Positions 1 through 8,432 of a DNA stretch of 62,275 nucleotides are shown here, one piece after another. This DNA is from a virus (taxonomy: Duplodnaviria; Caudoviricetes), in IMG/VR virus record IMGVR_UViG_3300045738_000771, positions 1 through 62,275 of that record; one strand, 5' to 3'. The notes below the pieces were generated by a model that did not search any database, had not been told where the DNA came from, and worked only from the letters and a program-made list of their open reading frames with translations. The translations under genes were made by a program, and so were the position numbers. The stretch's first letter is position 1; every line of letters begins with the position of its first letter.

Positions 1-176
1 AGTCAAGGTCACACACCGGTCTAGGATCGTGTTGGTCAGGCCAACATTGCTCTGTTGCGGGGAGCCTTGCGGTTGGTCAGGTCTGGTGACCCTTCCACTC
101 ATGTCGCCCTCGGCTGGGCATCTTCTGTTTCACATCAGGCCGCTTGCTCAGTCATTTTCTCCTTTTCAGTTAACAG

Positions 177-380
177 TTACGGCATCACTATGAGGCTGAA
201 AACGTCGTTGTATTTTCCGAAGTATGCGGCTGCTTCTTTTTTGCAGTCCGCGTACAGTCCGTTGAAGAACATATGACTCTGCTCATCGTTGACTTCGTGC
301 GGTTCAGCGAAGCACCAAAGACCGCGTCCGCGAGGGGCTTTGCCGTGGCTTGCAACATACTTGTCAGTGTCGAATCTCAT
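177..380 (-). CDS. small hypothetical phage protein (promoter cassette 1)
   Basis: ORF with SD (CAGGAG) upstream; HGKAPRGRGLWCF motif; lies downstream of the repeated promoter at 587-642. Confidence 0.7.
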   Translation of the reverse strand: MRFDTDKYVASHGKAPRGRGLWCFAEPHEVNDEQSHMFFNGLYADCKKEAAAYFGKYNDVFSLIVMP

Positions 381-403
381 CGTCTCGTCTCCTGTCAGGT
401 AAA

Positions 404-532
404 TTACGGATGCGTCAGAAGCCGAAGTTCAGTCCTAACCGTTTGAATCGAAGACTCCATCGCTCCGAGCTGAATAAGTTCAATGAGAAGGGCTTCGAGT
501 CGCTCAATGTTCTCTTCGGTCGTCGTCTTCAT
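404..532 (-). CDS. small hypothetical protein (42 aa; possible leaderless poly-Asn extended form starting at 589)
   Basis: ACGGGAG SD upstream of ATG at 532; first ORF after the promoter; in-frame ATG at 589 precedes the (AAC)10 run. Confidence 0.55.
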   Translation of the reverse strand: MKTTTEENIERLEALLIELIQLGAMESSIQTVRTELRLLTHP

Positions 533-552
533 CGTCTCATCTCCCGTTGAAG

Positions 553-584
<32 letters not shown>

Positions 585-586
585 TT

Positions 587-642
587 CATATCCCCATTAT
601 TATCCATTATCGGAATGATTGCAATAGCAAGACCACTGAAAA
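587..642 (-). promoter_or_regulatory. repeated promoter P1 (TTGCAA-N17-AATAAT), 56-bp direct repeat copy 1
   Basis: 55/56 identical to 3231-3286; sigma70-like boxes; AT-rich upstream tract. Confidence 0.75.
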
Positions 643-666
643 ATCGAATTTTTTGGAAACAGCCTA

Positions 667-1149
667 TCACTCGAAGTTTATGCAAACTGCCATCTTAAGG
701 CCATCAGGGAACTTCTTGACCCAGAAGGCCTTATGCAAGCCCTCGGGAGCCTTGTCCGTAAACTTCAACGAAAGGCATTGAACATACGAGGGGATTCGCT
801 CCACATCTATAGCCCAGCTTTTGGTAGACTCCGGCAGCTTTTCAGCCAGCAGTCCAATAAGGCGATCCGCTTCGTCCTTAGCGTACTCTGCCATTACACC
901 ATCGCCCATGAAATCAAAATCTCCCGCCAGCACCTGCAAATGTTTGCATTTCTTAAACTTTATCCATCCGAGACAAGTACACTGGACTCCGCCTGTCAAC
1001 AAATACTGGGAAGATCTAAAGCCATCCTTGTTGTTATCATCGGGATAGAGCTTATCCACAACGAAACCGGCTGGGTGGTTAGAGAACAGGTATGCTGGAA
1101 AACTAGCAATCTCAAGCATCTCTGAGTAAATATCTTTATCTCTCATCAT
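667..1149 (-). CDS. SWIM zinc-finger protein
   Basis: CxC-x8-CxH motif CTCLGWIKFKKCKH. Confidence 0.7.
   Translation of the reverse strand: MMRDKDIYSEMLEIASFPAYLFSNHPAGFVVDKLYPDDNNKDGFRSSQYLLTGGVQCTCLGWIKFKKCKHLQVLAGDFDFMGDGVMAEYAKDEADRLIGLLAEKLPESTKSWAIDVERIPSYVQCLSLKFTDKAPEGLHKAFWVKKFPDGLKMAVCINFE
935..948. repeat. dispersed palindrome TGCAA-ATGT-TTGCA (copy 1)
   Basis: read directly; inside SWIM CDS. Confidence 0.9.
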
Positions 1150-1354
1150 CGCTCCTGTTGCTACAATCTGGGCAAGACCAAAGATTCACCCTACTGACTA
1201 TTATCTTGGCAAACGGATCAGCCTCCGGTGCCGAATTAGACCAGCCTGCCACTTTCATTTCATTCTTGCAAAGACACGAAGTAACTCCCGTGTATCTACT
1301 GACACGGGAGCACTCCACACAAGTCACCTCGATATAATATCCTGTCTCATACAT
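1136..1354 (-). CDS. small Cys-rich putative Zn-binding protein
   Basis: start MYETG with GGGAG SD; CxxC, CxC and CxxC motifs. Confidence 0.6.
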   Translation of the reverse strand: MYETGYYIEVTCVECSRVSRYTGVTSCLCKNEMKVAGWSNSAPEADPFAKIIVSRVNLWSCPDCSNRSDDER

Positions 1355-1400
1355 CGCGACTCCCTGCAGCCGATTGCAAATAGTTGTTTCCGTGGTTATG

Positions 1401-1546
1401 GCTCCGACAACTCGCGGATTTGAAAGGTGCCAAGGCACTCACGGCTTACCCGTACTCGGACATCGAGAACCCGTCCCTCAGTCAGCATGTCTGACCAACG
1501 GGAGATCTAAGGATCTAAGGAGATCCAAGTACTACTCGGTCGGAGC
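1401..1546 (-). ncRNA. candidate multi-branched structured RNA
   Basis: 8-bp closing helix GCTCCGAC/GTCGGAGC enclosing 3-4 hairpins; G-U pairs favour the minus strand; sits in a 245-bp non-coding gap. Confidence 0.4.
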
Positions 1547-1591
1547 AAAAGTATCGAGCCTTTCTGACAAGGAGGTCATCCTCGATACTTT
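1547..1591 (-). terminator. intrinsic terminator-like hairpin
   Basis: 11-bp inverted repeat AAAGTATCGAG/CTCGATACTTT with T-run, just after the stop at 1601. Confidence 0.55.
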
Positions 1592-1600
1592 CGACATGAC

Positions 1601-2431
1601 CTACGAAACTGAAACTTCATCGGACTCGACTTCCTTCGTTTCCGTTTCTTCCGAACCGAGCAATTCTGAATACCTTTCGCTATCAACCGTCTCCACCTTA
1701 ATCTCCACACCGAAAGTCCGACTCAAGGACTTGATGTGGAAATCGAGTTTATCGATTGCCCCAGACAAGCCTTCTCCTGCCGAACTAGCAAGGAAATCAG
1801 AGCAGATAAGATCCAACTGGTTGCCGGTCTTATCGCTCCCGACCATTGTACCAGCCAATCCCAAAGCCGTGCTAATGTTTTCAGCTTGTTCCTTAGACAA
1901 ATTGAAAACAACTCGCTCGGTGATGTCCTCGGAATCCGAGCCATCTTTGATCCTCGGGACGCCTTTCATCTCTTTGACCATAAACTTGACATCTTTGACT
2001 GTCATCGTATTGAGTCCATCAATAAGGCCGACCCAATTATCTTCTGTGATGACCGAGACAAGTTCCTTCGCTTTCGACCACTGAAGATCTAACAAAATCT
2101 CTTTTGGAAGATTCAGCTTGATGACGAACTTATCGTAAATCGAAATGAGGTACTTAGCCTTTCGATCTCGCATATTAAGTTCAGCCTCGCAATAATCCGC
2201 GAACGACTCAAATTCCCAATCTTTCCAGTACTCATTCTGAGCGACTTCATAAAGAAGTTCGCCAGCTACTAGATTCAGGCGGTCGTCAATTCCGATGGCT
2301 GCTGCCATCGTCTTACGAACTTGAGCCTTTCTCTCCTCGGGCGACAGCCCGTCCTGAAGATTGGTGAAAACCGTATTAGTCTCTTCCCAAACCTCCAAGC
2401 CACGTCCTGTCGATACAATTAAGTCTGTCAT
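1601..2431 (-). CDS. putative DNA-binding protein (helical HTH-like domain)
   Basis: GELLYEV...YW...FESFADYCEAELNMRDRKAKYLI pattern resembles phage/plasmid partition-type HTH proteins; GAGAGAG SD. Confidence 0.55.
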   Translation of the reverse strand: MTDLIVSTGRGLEVWEETNTVFTNLQDGLSPEERKAQVRKTMAAAIGIDDRLNLVAGELLYEVAQNEYWKDWEFESFADYCEAELNMRDRKAKYLISIYDKFVIKLNLPKEILLDLQWSKAKELVSVITEDNWVGLIDGLNTMTVKDVKFMVKEMKGVPRIKDGSDSEDITERVVFNLSKEQAENISTALGLAGTMVGSDKTGNQLDLICSDFLASSAGEGLSGAIDKLDFHIKSLSRTFGVEIKVETVDSERYSELLGSEETETKEVESDEVSVS

Positions 2432-2455
2432 TTCTCTCTCCTTTCAAGAGGGGGG

Positions 2456-3199
2456 TCAAACAGCTGCGCTTTTCTTGGTGGCTTTCTTGCCCCAAGGTAA
2501 ACTCCAAGTCTTAGCACACACTGGGCCATAGCCCACCGCGACGCTATCAACGGTCGTCAGTTCTTTGTTGCAGAAACAACAGCAACCTGACTTCACACCG
2601 TACTCTGCCGCGAACTTCGCGGGGTTCTCAGCCAATGATGATAAAAACGATACTACGTCTTCATCAGCATGACGTGAAAGTTGAAAATCTCCATCAACTA
2701 TTCTGCCGTACCAAGTGTTATCTCCATAGCTGCCACCATCTGTGACATTGATACTACCGGGAAACTTCGCCCTCATCCCAGCGCGAGACAAACGCAAAGG
2801 TCTGCCGTCTGGCATCTGAAACGAGAGCTTCGGATACTTCACTTTCTCGCCAGCGTTTTCAAACAGCTTCGCGAGATCGAAGCCGCTGCCGAGGCGAACC
2901 TTTGTCGGCTCTACAGGATTCGCCTGATCGTGTACTAATTTGTGAACCCACCTCCACATCTTGGGACTCAAGCCCCTACCGTATGTCGGATGCCCTACGA
3001 TAAAGGAGTTAGCTAAACTTTCTACAAAGTCGCCCTTGCAGAATGAGATCATCTGATCCATCGCTTCGAGATCTGTGTAGGGTGAAGTAAACGGCGACTT
3101 CCCGTCAATTTCGACAACCCCTCGGACGCCTTCGACTGTGTTATTAATTGATCGCGGGTACTTCTCCGCAATTTTGTTGACTGTAATATCTGTGGTCAT
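2456..3199 (-). CDS. hypothetical protein with C-terminal DUF6011-like Zn finger (cassette 2)
   Basis: CCFCNKELT...SVAVGYGPVCA motif; ACGGGGAG SD; directly behind promoter P2. Confidence 0.65.
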   Translation of the reverse strand: MTTDITVNKIAEKYPRSINNTVEGVRGVVEIDGKSPFTSPYTDLEAMDQMISFCKGDFVESLANSFIVGHPTYGRGLSPKMWRWVHKLVHDQANPVEPTKVRLGSGFDLAKLFENAGEKVKYPKLSFQMPDGRPLRLSRAGMRAKFPGSINVTDGGSYGDNTWYGRIVDGDFQLSRHADEDVVSFLSSLAENPAKFAAEYGVKSGCCCFCNKELTTVDSVAVGYGPVCAKTWSLPWGKKATKKSAAV

Positions 3200-3230
3200 G
3201 ATTGTCTCCCCGTGTCTAAAGGTTAGTTTC

Positions 3231-3286
3231 CATATCCCCATTATTAGCCATTATCGGAATGATTGCAATAGCAAGACCACTGAAAA
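3231..3286 (-). promoter_or_regulatory. repeated promoter P2, 56-bp direct repeat copy 2
   Basis: one mismatch to 587-642. Confidence 0.75.
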
Positions 3287-3323
3287 CGGAAAAAATTACT
3301 GACAAGCCTAAAAACAGAGTTTT

Positions 3324-3776
3324 CTAGGGGTCTGCGACTTGATCGACTCGCACATAAATTGCTGGAATTGAGTGCCGAATCTTTCTGGCAGTCATTTCTA
3401 CAATCTGTGCATCGTCCCCGAGCAGACCTATTGCTTCAAGGCAATCCGCTAGCGGCTTGAACAGATTGTCGATGTCTGGCCGCCTGTCCATCAAGGCCCA
3501 ACCAGTCGGGTTCTTGTCGATCTTCCGCCAAGGAAAGCTATAGATAGCAACGACTCGCACCTTGCCAATAATCGGCACACCATTCCAAGACTGAGCCAGT
3601 TTGCTAGATAACTCCTCCAAATACAGGCGTTTCTTTTTCGGGACATACGCCCGCCCGCCGCCAAAGGCTGCCGACTGCTTCGCCTGCGGCTTCATCTCCG
3701 CATAAAGATACTGACTAGCCAAGACAAGAAGGGGAGTCTCAAGCTGGTCTAACAAATGGCTAACTTCAGGATTCAA
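3324..3776 (-). CDS. rusA: RusA-family Holliday junction resolvase
   Basis: RPDIDNLFKPLADCL...GDDAQIV catalytic signature. Confidence 0.85.
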   Translation of the reverse strand: MNPEVSHLLDQLETPLLVLASQYLYAEMKPQAKQSAAFGGGRAYVPKKKRLYLEELSSKLAQSWNGVPIIGKVRVVAIYSFPWRKIDKNPTGWALMDRRPDIDNLFKPLADCLEAIGLLGDDAQIVEMTARKIRHSIPAIYVRVDQVADP

Positions 3777-4812
3777 AACTCAATCCTTCGAGATTCAAGA
3801 AGGCTCTATCCGGTTGATCGGCTACACACCTGTCAACCCAGTCGCCAAACGGCTCTGGAGTAATTACCCTCGGCTTTTCTGAGATCATACGAGTCCAACA
3901 TTCATCCTTATGGACACACGTCTTGGCTCGTGGATCTGTTGGCATCCTACAGGCCATCATCGAATCCGGCAACTTCCTATCTCGGATGGCCTCCCAAATT
4001 ATTTGAGCTTTCCGCTTGGCATCATTCCAACGACCAACCTCATGTTTATAGATCAGCGTCTTGCTTTGCATTGAATCTCGTTCGATATACCAGAACAGGG
4101 TTCTGGGTATCCCCATCAAATGCTGGTAGATATCGGCCTGCGTTTTGTAATAGTCGGCTATCGCATCGGACGACGTGATCGACTTGAACACGTAACTGCC
4201 AGTGGTCTTAATCTCCAGCAGGGCAGTCTCTCCCATCTCAAGGTCGTGCAATCGTTTGCAGGCTTCTTCGGGGTCGGTCTTGAACAGTCTTGCGTGCTTG
4301 TTAAGAAAGCCGAGTCGATTAGTGCAAACTACACCATCGCAATGGCCTGAGATACGATGCTTCTCGTCCCAAACTGTCGGCTCCATGTATTCCCACTGCA
4401 ACGGCCAACCTTTAGCGGCCCTCTCCGTGTCGGCAAGCATGTCAGGATGAAAGCCGTCTTTGACTATTCCTGACGTTCCTGTGTGCTTCCACTTTCCAAA
4501 CAAAATGCCCATCGGGCCTAGAACATAATTCTGGAGATACCTATGAAGATGCGTTCCCGTACTCATCATAAGCTGGGCTTTATAGTCAAATGACCTGTTG
4601 GCTTTGGGATACCAATAGTTCAACACAAACTCTCGGGGGCAGACGTGATACATCCCCGAAGCTCTAAGCACATCGGTCTGACTATCCTGATTAGGCCAAT
4701 TCGTCATCCACGTCTGGACAACCTTCTTTAGACTGGCGTACTTTGCTGGTTCTGATGCCTCAACTACCGACTCTCGTCTATCGTCGAGTAATTTTATGCT
4801 ACTTACTACCAT
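3766..4812 (-). CDS. Cas4-like PD-(D/E)XK exonuclease
   Basis: CPR...GTHLH...SGHCDG...LEIKT...Q..IY plus three C-terminal Cys (Fe-S staple pattern). Confidence 0.75.
   Translation of the reverse strand: MVVSSIKLLDDRRESVVEASEPAKYASLKKVVQTWMTNWPNQDSQTDVLRASGMYHVCPREFVLNYWYPKANRSFDYKAQLMMSTGTHLHRYLQNYVLGPMGILFGKWKHTGTSGIVKDGFHPDMLADTERAAKGWPLQWEYMEPTVWDEKHRISGHCDGVVCTNRLGFLNKHARLFKTDPEEACKRLHDLEMGETALLEIKTTGSYVFKSITSSDAIADYYKTQADIYQHLMGIPRTLFWYIERDSMQSKTLIYKHEVGRWNDAKRKAQIIWEAIRDRKLPDSMMACRMPTDPRAKTCVHKDECWTRMISEKPRVITPEPFGDWVDRCVADQPDRAFLNLEGLSFES
4247..4260. repeat. dispersed palindrome TGCAA-TCGT-TTGCA (copy 2)
   Basis: read directly; inside the Cas4-like CDS. Confidence 0.9.
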
Positions 4813-5077
4813 ACTTTTTTTCCATCCAAATTGCTGCCGTGATTCCCACTGGGCCTCCAATTAAAAATCCAACATAGACTGACCAATGACTGCCCACGGT
4901 AACTGCCTTGGCAATGATGCCCACAGTCAACAATCCGCAGACGCCTAACCCAAAACTAACCAAAATCGAAACGAGGTAACGCTCCTTTATCACATTGATT
5001 TGCTGCAAGCCCTTCAAAAATATGAAGAAAAACTGTGCCACAAATACAAGCGCGGTTTCTATAAATATGCTAATCAT
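4799..5077 (-). CDS. small membrane protein (3 predicted TM helices)
   Basis: three hydrophobic segments; overlaps neighbouring starts/stops. Confidence 0.6.
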   Translation of the reverse strand: MISIFIETALVFVAQFFFIFLKGLQQINVIKERYLVSILVSFGLGVCGLLTVGIIAKAVTVGSHWSVYVGFLIGGPVGITAAIWMEKKYGSK

Positions 5078-5477
5078 CTGACTCTTTTGGCGTCCTATCC
5101 AAAAGCTCCGCAAAAAGTTCCATCGGGATAACAGCCCACTCCTTGGAAACTGTCACAGGAAGTCGATGAATCGTAACTATTAATCCTGGCTCTCTACCAC
5201 ATTCGCGAGCTTCGCGGGTTATCTTCGTGAGTTCCTTGACCGACAATATCAACGTGCCGGTCTCGGTCTCCTTGCTATCGAGCAAAAATGTGTCGAGTTT
5301 GATGTCTCCCTTCATGCCTTCAAATGCTCCCGAGGCAGGTTGTCGAAAACCTCCAAGTTCAACAGCCAAATCTTTTTCATGCTGGTTGACGCGAGCCTTC
5401 ATTGATTTCTGACTGCCCAACTTCGCATCTTTGGGCTTTTTAACAGTCCTATCGCCGAGTCTAAATTCGCGCTTCAT
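5070..5477 (-). CDS. PD-(D/E)XK nuclease, Hjc-like resolvase
   Basis: E-x-SGA-x-GDI-x-DSK motif order. Confidence 0.6.
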   Translation of the reverse strand: MKREFRLGDRTVKKPKDAKLGSQKSMKARVNQHEKDLAVELGGFRQPASGAFEGMKGDIKLDTFLLDSKETETGTLILSVKELTKITREARECGREPGLIVTIHRLPVTVSKEWAVIPMELFAELLDRTPKESDD

Positions 5478-5500
5478 CTTATTTCCATGTCATCACAGCC

Positions 5501-5540
5501 GGGGTATGGAGGGCAAATGTTCTATCAAGTGGTCTGGGGA
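5501..5540 (-). promoter_or_regulatory. intergenic motif class II, copy 1
   Basis: 32/40 identical to 18098-18137; both intergenic and upstream of replication/recombination genes. Confidence 0.55.
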
Positions 5541-5556
5541 ACTCTCTAAACGCTCT

Positions 5557-6621
5557 TTATCCAATCATTCTTCGCAAAATGTCATGCCAAAGCTGAGTCT
5601 TCGCAACAGCATTGACCAACAGAATTTCAACCAACTCTTTCTGAGTCTTAGTAACAATCTCCCCGCAAGTCACCTTATTCTTATCAACAACTATCGCACC
5701 CGACTGCTTACCAAACTTTAAGAGTTGCTTCATGTTGTCGACCTGTCCCACAGCCCAATCAGGTTGATCCTTCAAGCTCATTTTGAAACTGTAGTTCAAC
5801 TTTGGGACATACGTCTTATTCTTATGTGTCGTGCCACTCATCTCAACAAAGGCGGTCTCCTTATCTTCACCGTCTTCGATCTTAGGAGATTTCGTGTAGA
5901 GGATGACTGAGCTACAAAACTCCTGCCCCTTGCCACCGGGAAGTGTACGAGGATCTCCATACATCACGCCTATCTTCAAGCGAAACTGATTCAAGCACAT
6001 GACCAGCGGGGCCGCGCCAGTCTTTCCCTGACTCAATCGGTTAAGGCTAGCGTTCCATCGTCGCATAGCCTTGTTTATTAATCTCGCCGCGAGTCCCATC
6101 TGCCAGTCTTCGGTAGACTCCTCAATCTCAGCCGTTGGGGTCATGTTGGCGATGGAGTCAACTACTATGAGATCGAATAAATCCTGCCGAATAGCATCAG
6201 TAACTATATCCACGGCCTGCTCCGCATATTCAGGTCTGGCTACAACATGATGATCTGCATTAAAACCATTAGCTACTGACCAATCCAAGTCAAACGAGCC
6301 TTCGAGATCTACAAACAAGGCTCTCCCAGGCTCAAAAGATTCGGGATCTACCTGACTGACGTGCAACTTCGTGTTATGGTCATAATTCTCGACCTGCTCA
6401 ATGGCTTTTAGTGCGATTAAGGTTTTTCCCGTACTATACTCGCCCGCGATTATCGAGATTCTTCCAAACGGCCACCCTCCGCCCAAGGCACAGTCTAAAG
6501 ATAAGATTCCACTAGAGAATCTCCGCAAACGTAACGCCTTGAACTTACCGCCCAACTCACATACACCGCCGTCGTATGTTTTGTTGATTTTAGCGATGAA
6601 GTCCTGTACTTTTTCTCTCAT
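5557..6621 (-). CDS. recA: RecA-family recombinase
   Basis: SSGILSLDCALGGGWPFGRI, Walker A GEYSTGKT, Walker B LIVVDS, NQFR..IGVMYGDP...PGG. Confidence 0.92.
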   Translation of the reverse strand: MREKVQDFIAKINKTYDGGVCELGGKFKALRLRRFSSGILSLDCALGGGWPFGRISIIAGEYSTGKTLIALKAIEQVENYDHNTKLHVSQVDPESFEPGRALFVDLEGSFDLDWSVANGFNADHHVVARPEYAEQAVDIVTDAIRQDLFDLIVVDSIANMTPTAEIEESTEDWQMGLAARLINKAMRRWNASLNRLSQGKTGAAPLVMCLNQFRLKIGVMYGDPRTLPGGKGQEFCSSVILYTKSPKIEDGEDKETAFVEMSGTTHKNKTYVPKLNYSFKMSLKDQPDWAVGQVDNMKQLLKFGKQSGAIVVDKNKVTCGEIVTKTQKELVEILLVNAVAKTQLWHDILRRMIG

Positions 6622-6652
6622 TAATATCCCTCCCTCTCTCTCAGCACTTACC

Positions 6653-7099
6653 TCACTCATCTTTATCCTTTTCTTTCCGGTAATCCCGAACAGCACCGAC
6701 TTCAGTGTTAAGTTTCAAATCTACAAATTGTTTTGCCGCAACAAACGCTTCGCTAAGTTCTTCAACATAGCATGGCAAAACACAACTGACTCCCAATTGA
6801 ACTGACTCAAAGTCTCCGAGGTTGATCGTCATCCGAGCGTTAAAGCCGACCTGTGCTAGAGAAGCTTCGGGATGCGGCAACTCAATATCAAGCATGATCT
6901 CATCTTCGGTTTCCTTCGTGACTACCTTCCCCTCCTTATAAAGTCTACGAACTGAAACAGTAGGAACTACAAAGGGTGATTTAGACTTAGTGGCTGTCGC
7001 CTTTGCCTTAGCAGACAACTTCTTTTCCTTTACCACCCCAGCCTTCTTTTCCGCCACTACTTCAGCTACTTTAGCTTTTATCTCATCCTTTAGAGCCAT
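6653..7099 (-). CDS. hypothetical phage protein
   Basis: ORF tightly packed in the operon; TINLGDFES motif. Confidence 0.65.
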   Translation of the reverse strand: MALKDEIKAKVAEVVAEKKAGVVKEKKLSAKAKATATKSKSPFVVPTVSVRRLYKEGKVVTKETEDEIMLDIELPHPEASLAQVGFNARMTINLGDFESVQLGVSCVLPCYVEELSEAFVAAKQFVDLKLNTEVGAVRDYRKEKDKDE

Positions 7100-8432
7100 C
7101 GTTAATCTCCTGATTGGTAAAATCTAATCGTTCAAATACTCGTTTACGCTTACCCGCCATTCTTTTATTGAATGTTGTACTGAAGTAAGGGTCTACAATT
7201 AACAACTCTTTCTTGCCATCACAAAACCTTTGAATTCTCCCGACAACCTGCTCCACATCAGATCGAGGTGTGGCGAAAAATAGCGTATCTAATTCTGGGA
7301 TGTCTGTGCCCTCGGACATCATCCCATAAGTAGCTAGCACAATACCGCAACCCTTCGCCTCAGTTAATTGGTCTTTTGACAGGCGGCGTTTATCCACAGA
7401 CCCCACATAGAGGCCTACAGAGGCTCCTGTGGGCGTTTCGAGTAGCTTTTTGCGTAGGTATTGCAACTGCTCGACACGGTCGCTCACAACAAGCACACGC
7501 CTGCCAGAAACGTAAGCCTTTGCGACCTGTCCAGCCAGCCACACGTTGTATCCCGAACTCCGGGCTATCGTGGTGATATATCTAGCTACATTGATGCGTT
7601 TGCCAAAACTGAAAAAGCTATCACGAATACTCGTTTTCCACGGTATCTGAACATACTTCCCAGTAAGTCGTTCCGTGCGCATCTGATGCTCTATACTGCC
7701 AACATGCCAATGCCAAACATAATCTAACTCATCTTTTCTTCGCCACGTCGCGCTAACCGCCAGACGATGCTTGGCAGGAAACATCCTAAGAACCTGCTCA
7801 AAAGTCCTAGCGGGGTATCTGTGCCCCTCGTCAAAAATGACAAGCCCAAACGCTTCGAGAAACCCCTGCGGAAGATCGTCTTTCCGGCTGTATAGAGTTT
7901 GAGCCATAGCCGTGACTGCATGGCATCCTTCAAAATCCCACTGGCTTTGTTGGCAATGCCCCATCTTTATATCCGGCCAGAGATCGGCAGTCTTGTGCCA
8001 CTGATCAGAGAGGTCTCCCTTGTGTACTACGATCAAAGTTTTGGTCTGCATCTTACTAGCTATATCTAAAGCCATCAGCGTTTTCCCAGACCCACAAGGG
8101 GCTTCCAGTAATGCTCCATGCTTAGATGCAAACGATTGCACAATGTCATCGACTGCCTCGGATTGCCCTGCCCAGTACCCTCCACCTTCGGGAAATTTTA
8201 TAGACGGCCACTCCTGACTAGGGAAAAACGTATTATCTATAAAGTCGTCTCCAAAATTCTTAATTCCCCACTCTCTAGGAACACCTAGACGCTTACCCTT
8301 TAGGCTCCACAGTTTCACGGGAGTTATGTTTCCAGTGTAATCTGTCACGCATCCCGTCAACTTAGACTGTACCTTGGGCAAGTTGATGCCGTCAGTATCT
8401 ACCCAGTAAAGGCCATCTAAGCTATTTCGCAT
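7083..8432 (-). CDS. superfamily 2 DExH helicase
   Basis: APCGSGKT, DEGH, SAT, EGTDIP and QVVGRIQR motifs. Confidence 0.9.
   Translation of the reverse strand: MRNSLDGLYWVDTDGINLPKVQSKLTGCVTDYTGNITPVKLWSLKGKRLGVPREWGIKNFGDDFIDNTFFPSQEWPSIKFPEGGGYWAGQSEAVDDIVQSFASKHGALLEAPCGSGKTLMALDIASKMQTKTLIVVHKGDLSDQWHKTADLWPDIKMGHCQQSQWDFEGCHAVTAMAQTLYSRKDDLPQGFLEAFGLVIFDEGHRYPARTFEQVLRMFPAKHRLAVSATWRRKDELDYVWHWHVGSIEHQMRTERLTGKYVQIPWKTSIRDSFFSFGKRINVARYITTIARSSGYNVWLAGQVAKAYVSGRRVLVVSDRVEQLQYLRKKLLETPTGASVGLYVGSVDKRRLSKDQLTEAKGCGIVLATYGMMSEGTDIPELDTLFFATPRSDVEQVVGRIQRFCDGKKELLIVDPYFSTTFNKRMAGKRKRVFERLDFTNQEINDGSKG
8127..8140. repeat. dispersed palindrome TGCAA-ACGA-TTGCA (copy 3)
   Basis: read directly; inside the helicase CDS. 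Confidence 0.9.

Noticed and set aside
1399-1546. tRNA or tmRNA call from TTCAAAT and a terminal CCA
   Set aside because: No T-stem around the loop, and acceptor and anticodon geometry do not fit; kept only as an unknown structured RNA.
3766-4812. Cas4-like gene as evidence of a CRISPR-Cas system
   Set aside because: No repeat-spacer array or other cas genes; the context is a recombination module.
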